Shown: in pieces, positions 13,112 to 24,103 of the stretch | Numbering within the stretch: position 1 is the stretch's first letter | Layout: each line of letters starts with the position of its first letter | NCBI GenBank assembly: GCA_040954595.2 | Contig: CM082579.2 | Coordinates: 616,922 to 680,921, forward strand | Length of the DNA stretch: 64,000 nt | Source of the DNA: Balanoglossus misakiensis | Taxonomy: Eukaryota; Animalia; Hemichordata | Direction of reading: 5' to 3' | Translations under genes and position numbers: made by a program | Notes under the pieces: model-generated | The model's input: the letters and a program-made list of their open reading frames with translations, nothing else | Database searches by the model: none | What the model was told of the DNA's origin: nothing

Positions 13112-13449
13112 GTTGACAAGTATGAGGACAACAGAGACTACGACAGAGAGAAACCAGGTCAGTTATGCTACGCTCATGCCGTCATGGTTACTGGTAGCAT
13201 GTTTACTCCAACTTGTGTTGTCCGTTGGGAAATAGCGAACAAGTTTCTCATTCTGGCCGTTTGGTGGCTTCATGACAATAATTCCAACCACTGACTGTTA
13301 TAAGTGTGTCATTACCTGCTGTGATGAACACAGCCAAAGGTGGAGAGAATTATTAATGCAATAAATCTGTCAATTCCGTTGCTCTGAAAACCATTTATAG
13401 CATAAAGATTTTTTTTTCTTTTGCAGATAACTCCTACGCATCCATTTGA
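13112..13449 (+). CDS. Putative alternative 3' exons of CEP135 (13112-13157 and 13427-13449), encoding VDKYEDNRDYDREKP-DNSYASI*
   Basis: Donor GGG|GTGAGT at 10634/10635 (phase 0); polypyrimidine-CAG acceptor before 13112; donor CCAG|GTCAGT (phase 1); strong T-tract-GCAG acceptor before 13427; in-frame TGA 13447-13449. Confidence 0.6.
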
Positions 13450-15276
13450 ATGTGGATAATACAGCCAGCAGAAAATAAAACGGTCACGGTTATGAATTCA
13501 TGAGAAGATACCACTGAAATCAATAAAACTTCGTTTTTTTTTACTGCAAACTTTCCATTCTCTGTGTGTTTGCATAACCATAGAATATTGGTGCTCATGT
13601 TATCAGAACATCCCAAACTGAAATATAAAAACTACTTCACTGTTAGTTTTCACAAATATGCAAAGTGTCTTTCAGCTCATTAATCTTCACAAAGATTTGT
13701 AGAGTGCCAATAAATGAGAGCCCACATCAGTAATGTCAGGTGAGGTAATTTTGTACATTTTGTAAATTGCAAATTCTTTTCGTATAAATATATCCATGTT
13801 GTATGTTTGTATTTTTGTTACAAAGTTGACAAGAATCAGGTCGATAAGCCCTTCAGAATCCTTGCCACAAACAGTAGTATATATGTTGTATAACTTTGTA
13901 AACTTCGTAGGCTAGTTTGAACTTTGTGTGTTTTTTACTGTGTTCTTTTCCAATACACATTATTTTTATACATTTTCATAAAATTTCCTTTGCAGTTTCA
14001 AAAGTATTTCATTCAAGGCAAGTTATAAGTGCACTTGATCTCACCACAAATATTTTGCTCGACTTGAACTGAACACATAATGTGTTTCATAGGCAGAGTC
14101 AACATTCTCTAGACCCATATTTAAAGGCAGCGTCATCCAGAGTCACGAGAGTTGTGTTAAGAGACAAGATCAGCCAAGGTCGTGAAATTCACTAAACATA
14201 GAGACAAGTTCAAGGTCAAATCCTGAACACAGCTATGAATTATTTTCTACTTGTAATATTCTGTCTTCTCGTAATGTTTTTAATCTTGTGTGTTTTTTTC
14301 TAAAAACATTGCAGGCATTTGTAATACTTTAAATAACAGTCACTCTACACTTTGGTATAAAGCTTGATGTACCGGTAAGTTCCAATAATAGTAAACAAAA
14401 AGCTGTATAATTGAAAAGAACATTTCTATTTTTGAAATCCTGAATCAGTGTCATATTCAAGTATTATTATTATATGTTATTTTGTGAGAGTAAAATTTGA
14501 ACGTTTTTTGTTATTGAATGTTGTGTAGGATAAAAAATTAAAAAATGCACAAAAGACATATCAGATTTTGATAATTCCTCAAATTTCTATTTTTATTAAT
14601 GTTTAATTAATCAAGATAAAATAAAATGAAAGAATTGTTTAATTTCAAGTCTGGCCGTTTAATTTTTTATGAAGCAAACTTCATTTAAGCTTTAATTATC
14701 TTAACTGACAATCACATTCAGATCAATTGCACCATACAACTTCAAAGAGACACTACACTGAAAAATTCTTTTTCACTAAAATTTATTTTACACATTCAAC
14801 GAATAATATTTATATTTGTACAATGTCTAGAGTGAACTTGAAATATGCTAATAACATACTTAATGAAGTTAGGAGTCTGGCTAAGATTTTAGAGTTCACA
14901 GAAAATTCCAAGAAGAGTATCACATTGAGCTGTGGATGAATGAAGGCAGGGGCTCACTCTAGCATACCAGTGTCAATAACAATCATATCTAAACTTTACA
15001 ATGATTCACATATTTTGGTTCTCATTGCCTAGTTCATATGCAGCTATCATTCATAATCACTTCAATCTAAGGTCTCTTCTCTGAGACGACAGCCTCTATA
15101 AATTTGTGTTGCTACAACTTCCTATTCGAAAGATTTCAAATATTTAAAGATTTGGCAAATTTAGGCAGAACTGCTGTGGTACAAGCTTCACTTTATTTTG
15201 CAGTTGTGTGCATTGCACATTATCTGCAACCATTGTCCTGTAGTTGTCATCCTGTGATCTTGTAAGTCATGCAATG

Positions 15277-16546
15277 TCACACATCTTCTGGTTCCCAATC
15301 AAACTTCTCTCGTTCTGTGATTTGAAACAAAAAAAGTACAAATCAACCGTACTACAAGGGAGCTATAGTGCAGAAGGACATCAAATAATGTGGTATCAAA
15401 AATCCCATGTTTGTTAGAACATGTCCATTGTGCAAGTTATAGTGGCAAGCATTCAAATTCTGCAAAATGACCAATTCAACAATATTTAAAGGCAAGTATT
15501 TGACCAATAGCTTACCTAGTTTCTTAAGATAGGATACCACTTCCCCTTGAGACTGTGATTTTGCACTTAGTCTTGGAGTGTTTCCTTTCAACGATTCAAC
15601 TTTGATGTCACCACCATGTTCCACCAGCCATTTCAATGTATCTGCAATGAGCCAATGTATAAAACCATCAAATTAGAGATTAATAATCCCAGATTAATAA
15701 TAGCTAGTGCATTGGATGACTTGTAAATGAAAATAGATATTTTTATGAAACTCACTAAGATGTCCATTTCTTGCTGCTGCATGCAAAGCTGTACATCCTG
15801 TGTTGTCTTGTAAATTGACATCACCTCCTCTGTCGACCAGAATTTGTAGAGCTTCTGTCCGACCATTGGCTGCTGCTTTATGAACTGCACTGGTGCCCGC
15901 TTTGTCAAAACTATTTGGATCCTGTGGAAGTATAGAGATCAATTTTGCATATCCCATATTGTAAATAGATGCATGTGTGTGTGTGCACTGAATAAACTAA
16001 ACAGGGAACATACATGTGTACATGTATAAAACACGTAATATAATATCCATAGATACACTCCGACACATTACCTGTCCTTGGTCAAGAGCTTTGATTATCT
16101 CTCGTTGGTCGCCATAAAATGCTGAAAAGACAGAAATATCTTTATGTAATTTCTTAGCGTTATTTCAGTGGGGTCGCCATTTTCTCTAGGATATATACAG
16201 CTATTAAAATTCCGTTGACATAAGTAGGTCAAATAATGGCAACATATTCGATACATAATAGACTAATGGCTACAATAATGGGGGAACTTGCGACGTATAT
16301 TTCAAACATTAAATATTTGCCTAGCTTTAGATTGTGCCGTTGGTAGGAGGTGTCTCTTTATCGATATTAGCCATGTCCGTATCCAGCCTTCGCTGAGCTC
16401 GAAGCCATCGGCTTGTGATACATCACTGACAATAACAACGTAGGGTGTTTCGGAAAATGGATGGAGAGAAGAATGTTCAGATCATAGAATCTGCTACAGA
16501 CGTCATACTCACCGCCTTCGTGTAAATTGCTCGTCTGTGACGGCAT
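15277..16546 (-). CDS. Small ankyrin-repeat protein (~137 aa, about 4 repeats), 5 exons
   Basis: Exons 16546-16513, 16121-16072, 15921-15756, 15641-15516, 15314-15277 splice in phase: MPSQTSNLHEGAFYGDQREIIKALDQGQDPNSFDKAGTSAVHKAAANGRTEALQILVDRGGDVNLQDNTGCTALHAAARNGHLNTLKWLVEHGGDIK...EREKFDWEPEDV*; classic ankyrin consensus G-T-A/P-LH-AA-NG. Confidence 0.9.
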
Positions 16547-16765
16547 ATCTGTTGTATTTCGATTACCGCTGCCGGCTAGCGAAGTCACTGTTCGACCAGA
16601 TAGCAAGTTACCATAGCTGTCTGTCAATTATTATAATAAGCTTCTCCTTCGGCCAATATCGGTTGCCCCAGTAACGTAAATTGTGCAGGTCATGTGATTG
16701 TCGAATGAAATAAACGTTAACGATGATGGTGCGATCACCTTCACCACTAGAGGGCACTGTTCAAC
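16547..16765. promoter_or_regulatory. Bidirectional promoter between ankyrin gene and FAAP20-like gene
   Basis: Start codons 219 bp apart head-to-head; CpG-rich; CCAAT near 16653, X-box GTTGCCCCAGTAAC 16662-16675, CTCF-like CCACTAGAGGGCAC 16744-16757. Confidence 0.7.
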
Positions 16766-18535
16766 ATGGAAGGACAGAAGAGGCGGAAGTTGAGCTTGAA
16801 ACGTACCAGGTAAATTTAGCGGAAAGTTCGAAGATATTATCGAGCTGCTGTTTCCGGCCTTGATATATACTTTGCAAAAGTGTGGTCTTGCAACCTACGT
16901 CACAAAATATTAGTATGAGAACGTTCTATCCTACATACCATCCATCGTCTCGGGTCAGGCAACCAGCTACATGTCAACACATACATGGGTCCATAAGTTG
17001 TCTAATACATGTAATTTCTTATTTGACAGAGGTCACAATAAACCCAACACAACCCAGCTGTCAATCAAAAGAGATGACAAGTCTAAACTTGGTGAAAATG
17101 TTGAAATTCAAGGAACTGGTGCAAGAAATGGCCACACAGAAGAAGTCACAAACCCTGGCAAGTCGGGATGTGTATCTGATGGAGCTGGTGACGATGATAA
17201 ATCATCCCCATTACGCAAGACACTGATGAAACTACATGTACAACAAAATTGTGATTTACTTTGGCAGGACTTTCCTCTTTCTAACGAGGCTGCATTAAAC
17301 CAGGTACATGTAAAATCTCTCTTTATGAGTAGTGATGGGTTTTTTCCTTGAAATGAATTGCATGTATATTAGCTGTGGCTCGTGAAATCAGACATCCTTG
17401 ATATATGTTCTGAAATCACTTTGAACAATTGCTGAAAGTTTTTGGGAAAATGGTGAAAATACATTTGCAGGCCACTGACTCACGTGGTATCACTAACAAT
17501 TCAGAATCATAGGGGACTTTTAAGTTTTGCAATTATGATAAGCAGGCATATAACATTCTTTTTATAGAATACAAGAAGCAAACCAGGAGTGGAATCAAAT
17601 TCTGTGAGTGGTGAAAACATTGCATCATGGGATCCCTTACCAAAAGCATGTATGAAATGCCTGACGAGGCAAAAACCACCGTGGGACCCATGGGAGAACT
17701 GGCACACCACCATGGAACAAGGTAGTGAAAAGTGGAGAGACCGTGATGAAACAAACCAGAATGCCAGAGCTGGACAAAACAGGGTTAGGGCTGGAATGGG
17801 ACAGCTTACAAGCGAATATGGAAAACAAAGGCAAGACCCTGGCAGTTCACATGTATTTGAAAAAGAATGCACTTCTGAGAAGAGCATGAAAACAACACCA
17901 TACACGACTCCTGAAGTGAAATCAGACAAAGCCACCATCATAGCTGCACAGAAAAAGCAATCAACAGCGAACAGTGATGCTTCACCAGAAATTATTGTAA
18001 TTGATGAAGAGGAGGCAGCTGATTCTAGTATCCATGACAACCAAAGAAACAATGAGAAGCCAATCAAAGGTGGCCCAAGCAACAAGAAACCTCTTTTTAA
18101 ACAGAAAAAGTCGAGCAATACAGTGTCAACAAGGGGGTGGCAAGTGGCAAGATGGGACCCATGTCAAAGTTCATGACCTTTGGGAAAAGGTCAACATCAG
18201 AGAGTACTGGGAGTACTGTCACCAGCAAAACTAGTCAAAGGGACAGTGTTGAAGTCAAGTCCAGCAGTCAAACAACTTTACAAAGTTGTCCTTTATGCAC
18301 AATGGATTTTGACTCTGGGTAAGTACAAAGTCTGTATGTGGTGCAACTTTCTTTTTTCTTATGAAAAGCAATAAGATGAAATGCTACCCATAAACACAAC
18401 AGTTGTAGGAAAAATGTGCGTGTTATAACCGTGTTTTAAATTTGCTTGGTTCACCATTTCAGATTGTCTCAGTTAGACATAGATGCCCATATCGCTGCTT
18501 GTCTGTCTTCAACCAACGTGGATGTCCTGTGGTGA
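16766..18535 (+). CDS. FAAP20: FAAP20-like protein with C-terminal UBZ zinc finger; 4 exons; 1-nt frameshift near 18133-18137
   Basis: Exons 16766-16809, 17030-17303, 17568-18318, 18463-18535. C-terminus LQSCPLCTMDFDSGLSQLDIDAHIAACLSSTNVDVLW* matches remembered human FAAP20 UBZ (LRSCPMCQKEF...LTQLDVDSHLAQCL...DVTW) including the terminal Trp. Exon 3 changes frame between ORFs 17589-18176 and 18137-18322. Confidence 0.78.
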
Positions 18536-18927
18536 AGCTCAGCAACTATCAGTAATGAATCACTGGCAGTTGTGAATTGCTCAGGAAAGCTAGTCACGTC
18601 TATTATTTAATATGGTAATAATGTAAGTGTGGTGTGCCCTTGAAAATAGGGTATTTTCATCTGGGTTTCAAATTCACAACTCGTAACACCATAAGCCATT
18701 CGGATCTAAAACCATTTATTTTCTGTTGTGGTTATATTACATTAAACTGTGTCAGAAACAGACAAAATGGTACAATATTATTTTGAACTGTCAAAGGAAG
18801 AAACCCTTTTTTGTTCATACATTCGATTAGTGTCCTGAAATGTCGGTTACACTATCCATCACACCACACAAAAATCAACTGCACTCTCCATGAATATAAG
18901 CAAATAATCAAAGGCCAGGTGGGGGTT

Positions 18928-21083
18928 CTATGCGCTCACTGACAAACTTTTCAGATCCTTTATACACTGGGCAATATTGGCTTTCTCCTGTAAAGAAAAA
19001 GAAATGGTATTATAAACTTGTTATCATATTGACAATTTCACAGTGTGTCTGTTGGAGAGGTTGACGATTTGTGAAAAAATGTGAAGTGTCACTACATACA
19101 GTGAAATTTTCTATTACATCAGCAATACAATGGGTGAGTTATCTCGTGTGATAGACCTGTCTGAATAGATGCTAACACCGGCATATTTACCTGTTGTGGT
19201 GTAATACTTTGGATGACACTCTTTTCAACCCAATTCACCAAATGTTCTTGCTGAACTCTGCGCTGTACATTGACAACCTCAACATGGTAATCCTGTAAAA
19301 AAAAGAATTAAAAACTTGAGAAGACTGGTCAGCCACATTATACTGAGCCAATGTGTGGTAACAATTTTGTTCAGCATATGTTCAACTTATCCGAATAATT
19401 TTCATAAATTTTACAAAGTATGTCAAATGACCATAACTTACCAATTTCTTCTTGACTTGTTCAGCCACTGTGTGTAGTCTCTCTCTGTAGCCTGTCTCTA
19501 TTTGCATAGCAACATTTTCCTGTGTAACCACAAAAAAATAACAGATTCAGAATTGTTCTGCTATGTTTTATAACATTTGACACTTCTTGACGTTGGTCTT
19601 TTCCTTATGAAGATGATAAAGTGTTCATTTTTTTCAATCCTAGCTAAGGTTTATCAACAATGACAACAAAATTATTCACTTACATATTTGGCATCGAACA
19701 GCATATTTCTTCCTTCAAGACGCCACTGTTCTTTCTCTTCATTTCCAATAAAATCTTTATAGCTATTCAGTTCAGCATCTTTCACTTCATAAGCTGCAGC
19801 AAGTTGTTCCTGTGGCACAATAAAACAGAAAATTATCTTACACAAATTATGAAACTGACAACAGCATGAGCAGCAGTTTAACAGGATCTGCAAGCCATCA
19901 CTTTTCCCTGTCTGCTTGTATCACAACTTACCTCTGCAGATTTATCAGCAGCTGCTGCATACATTGGACCAAATTTCTTGACACCATAGATGAGAAAGCC
20001 AAGAGCAACAGCTCCATGCAGGGTTTCATGACTGAGAACATAGATTTCTTTGTTTAATAGATACATAAGACAACCTGCACCAAAGACATATGGACCTGCA
20101 ACCGAAAAAAAGTGATTATTAGAATGATATATGTAAACCATTAGGAGGGCATCTCCTAAGAAATATGTCTGAATTGAAAGATATGGGCAACAGTGAATTG
20201 TGCAACTCTATTTCAAACTGTCAGACTGATTTGACCAACTCACCTGTAACTCCTGTTTTATTGTAGAAGAAAGTGAACCATTCTTCAGGGATAAACCCCA
20301 ATCTGGCTTTGCCACCTTCTTCAGGCATTTTGTAAGGCATCAGATCCTGGCTGGTTGTTTGGAAGCCTACTGTAGGTGATGATGCAACACTGTAAGAAAT
20401 GAAGTGGAGATATTTGGGAATGGTTTCTAGTTACTGTACAGTACTTTATAAACGCTGAGAAGGCAATTCAGTAAATTTAAAAATCTTACTTACCATACTC
20501 TGGCTAAACATGCAGGTCTTGCTTGTAAGGCAATAGAGCCTGAAACATGATGAGGAAAACATATATTTTATTTATGAAAATGAACTTAAGTTTCTGAAGG
20601 TAATACTATGTAGCTGCAACTGTTAATACAACTATTGAAAAGAAATCTCCAAATGTCTTCTACCATGTTCGCTGTATTATTGTAAATGTTTACAATAGTT
20701 TGATTATTTCGACTGAACTTAGGGACGTACGTGCGAAATGATTGGTTGTCCTACATATAACGCCACCAACGGCCAGACTTTTTACATGGCAGTGTAGTTT
20801 AGCGCAAGTACTTTTATTCCGAGGTTTTATAAGTATACGCATTCATTTAGTAACTCTCCCTTTATACGTTGAGCCTCACAGTTATCAGACGGAATTCTCG
20901 ACTTCATAGTCGGTACTTTGTCACCTTGGTTGTGTGCACGTTCCCCACGTACGATCACCCACGGTATCGCAGTGGTCGGTTTACAATAACGGGTATATTA
21001 CATCACCGGCAGAAAATCGTATGCATTGATGACAAAAAATTGTAGAAATACCAACCTGTACGCGTTGCTACAGTTCGTAGCAT
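18928..21083 (-). CDS. ATP5PB: Mitochondrial ATP synthase peripheral stalk subunit b
   Basis: Exons approx. 21083-21056, 20539-20494, 20389-20244, 20095-19932, 19811-19685, 19520-19443, 19292-19191, 18987-18928. Motifs [71 protein letters not shown]. Confidence 0.96.
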
Positions 21084-21761
21084 ATTTCTAATGAAGTAAT
21101 TGCCTTGTAACTAATAAACTTTTCCCGTCGGGCCACCAGACAGCTCTTCTGCTCTCCAAGATGGCGGACACCGGTCTTTGGACGAATGTGCACGACAGGA
21201 GCCGAACATTTCCGAACAAATCAGTGCTCTTTCTTCCTATCACTCGTTTTGATTGGCCACTGTTGCAAACGAACACGAACGTAATATTTGCCTGATGTCA
21301 GAAGTCCTCACCATAAATACCGATTGAATCAAATGTATATGAAAGATTATTTAATTTATTCCCAATTTATGATTTTAATCGATAAAAACAGCTGGAGAAA
21401 AGATTACAGAATACTGACATTTTGATGATTAACCAATCAGTATTACTGTATTGAAGATTGGTGCATGTACTTTTACGACTTTTGCGACAGTTTCTTTTTC
21501 ACGAATTTTTATAGTTTGCAAATGTATATAGGGCCTTTCTTTGTGTAATAACATGAAACATGTAATTAATTGCCGATATATAATTGAATTTCCAAAAATA
21601 GGAAAGTATTTGATTTGTCATGTGCATACGTTTAATTTACGACAAACTAGGCTCCCTAACATGTGACTGGAATACGGCAGTGTGTACAGCAAGCTGCAGG
21701 ATCAACTTGCGAATATCGTTGACCAGAAAAGTATCAAGGAAAAGCACTCATATACTCAATT
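21084..21761. promoter_or_regulatory. Bidirectional promoter ATP5PB / WDR77
   Basis: Head-to-head ATGs 678 bp apart; YY1-type AAGATGGCGG near 21158; ATTGG/CCAAT near 21252 and 21433. Confidence 0.65.
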
Positions 21762-24103
21762 ATGACAATGGCGTCGGTCCCTGCTGCCATGGAAAAATAT
21801 TTAGACGTTATAAGGCACAACAATGGTAAGATGTCGCTGAATACAAGAATGTTGGATCATTTTATCAGTCTCATTCAGGAGGTGAATTGAATGAAACCAC
21901 GAAACGTGTCTCCCTACCCCATTCATTGGATGAAAGATACATCATACATGCTGTGCAACTTTACAATACTTGACGCGTGAAATAATAAGTATCACGACTG
22001 TCAGAACGACAACTGAGGCAATCAGGTGCAGTCAATGTAAAGGGGCGGTGGTATTTCCACTGACTCAGATAGCAGTCGACAGATTATTTGTCAGGCCATG
22101 TCCGAAGGTTGACTGTTTGTATATTGCATTTCAGATGGCTCAGTGATATTTGGCGCATCAGGATTGACAGGGCGTTACTGGGCAGGGTCTTTGTGGTTTT
22201 ACAAAGATCCGTCATTTGCACCAGACATAATGAAGTGCAGTGCTGGTGTTGCCACAGAGGCTGGTGTGGCAGATTTGGAATGGATTGATGATAACAGGTT
22301 AGCTTTGGCATCAGATTCAGGTGGGTTGACAACATTCTATTTTAGCTGTCAAATTATTTCATTAAAGCCTTTTCTTATAGTTATACTGTCATTAGTGTAT
22401 TTTCTTAACACTATTAATTGTCTATTTTCTTTGGTTGATTCTTTTATCCTTGTTTGTATAAATTTAGGTGCAATTGAAGTGTGGCAGTTGGTAGACAATC
22501 AGACAAGTTTCAAGAATTTATTTAATCTGTATGAGCACGACAACTCTGCTTCTTCGGTGAGTCTCAACATGAAGAAGAATAAAGCTGCTAGTGGCAGTGC
22601 TGACATGAGGTTTGTATGACCTTTTGACCTTGGTTTTGGGAACCATTTTATGTATGGTGATCATCATATTCAATGAAACATTGCCATTTTTTTGACAATT
22701 GCATGTAAATGATGATGATTAATAATGCATTTCCATCATCCTGGGCAATCTCACGAGGTTAAAGGTCAAAAACTGATACCTGTGTTGTTCTCCCCACAGT
22801 GTGAAAGTATGGAACTTAGACAGTCAGACATCAACCAATACTTACAAACTACATACAGACACAGTCTGCTGTGTTACCTGGAGCAAAGCCAATAATGATG
22901 TATTCTTATCCTGTGCTCAGGTAAGTCAGTGAAGAACTAGGCCAATCAGTCATTTCCATGGTAATTTCATAGTGATCCAGTGAAGGCTGTATCATTGACA
23001 ATGACTTGTTTTGTTATTGAACATTTGTTGTGATCATATGTCTTTACTAATTTGATGTAAATCATTGTCTTCTAACAGGATGGCAAGTGTGTGTTGTGGG
23101 ACACAAGAAAAGCCAAGCCTGCCAGCTACGTTTTGAAAAACGACCGATACTCATCTCCAGCACCGCTGTGTGCTGCTTGGCAACCAGATAGTCTAAATAT
23201 TGCCGCTGTGGGTTAGTTCTTCAAATTATTTTCAAAATTACCCCAAAATTGGAGAGCATCCAAATATTGTTGCTATCACAACTGTATAAATCAATGGGTT
23301 TGGACCAAACCATGGTGGTGAAAGGGTTAGCCCTAAGGAGTGGGTGGGAATTGTCCAGGGGTAAGCATCCTGATACTATTTTTTGATGATATAGGTATGG
23401 AGACGGGTCAACTTCTCATCAAGGATATGAGGCAACTGAATGAAACCATGACAGAAAAGATGGCACATAACAGAGCTGTCAGCAGAATAGCATTTTCACC
23501 AAAATAGTAAGTACATAACAATAGTGATCATCCCTTAAGTTGCAATAGAACAGTAGTGTCATTTAACATTGATAGCTTGTACTTGGGGAAGCAACCACTT
23601 ACAGAAGGGGTTTTCTGTTCATCTACAGTTCTCATTGGTTGGCTTCTGTATCTGATGATTGCACAGTTGCATTGACAGATGTTGCACAAGCTGCAAAGAC
23701 AATGTGAGTATCCTCAAATGTTGTTTTTCTTGGCCTTCCTCTCTTCACTTTGTAAAAGTACTGATGATAGTTGTGATTGAGTGCCATTATCGCCATCAGA
23801 GGCGTGATGTTGGCAAAGCATAACATTTGACTTTACTCTTTTGTATGATGCAGTTATCGAAGCAGAGCCCACAAAGACTTTGTACGAAGTCTGTCATGGA
23901 GTCCCACAGACAACACTTTGCTCACATGTGGATGGGATGGTAAAATCCACCAGCACACATTTATGCCGGAAACACTGGCTACAGATGGATTAGTGTCACC
24001 CATGGCTATGGATACCAACGGAGAGATGATGGAACTCTACAGCAACAAACTCAAAAATATAGGTTCACCTTCGCGGTATTCGGGTAGAACTATACAGGCC
24101 TAA
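21762..24103 (+). CDS. WDR77: Methylosome protein 50 (WD40 repeat PRMT5 cofactor)
   Basis: Exons approx. 21762-21825, 22135-22321, 22469-22609, 22800-22920, 23079-23211, 23395-23507, 23629-23704, 23854-24103. DGSVIFGASGLTGRYWAGSLWFYKDP, CSAGVATEAGVADLEW, ASDSGAIEVW, YEHD, WDTR, LASVSDDC, HKDFVRSLSW, LLTCGWD match MEP50. Confidence 0.95.
23291..23326 (-). mobile_element. Partial copy of ~84-bp TTAA MITE
   Basis: CAATGGGTTTGGACCAAACCATGGTGGTGAAAGGG|TTAG is the reverse complement of the left end of the other copies. Confidence 0.6.

Noticed and set aside
17507-18118. 203-aa minus-strand ORF
   Set aside because: Antisense shadow of FAAP20 exon 3; no motif or splice support.
18128-18140. Programmed -1 ribosomal frameshift in FAAP20
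   Set aside because: No canonical slippery heptamer or evident downstream structure; homopolymer error is more parsimonious.
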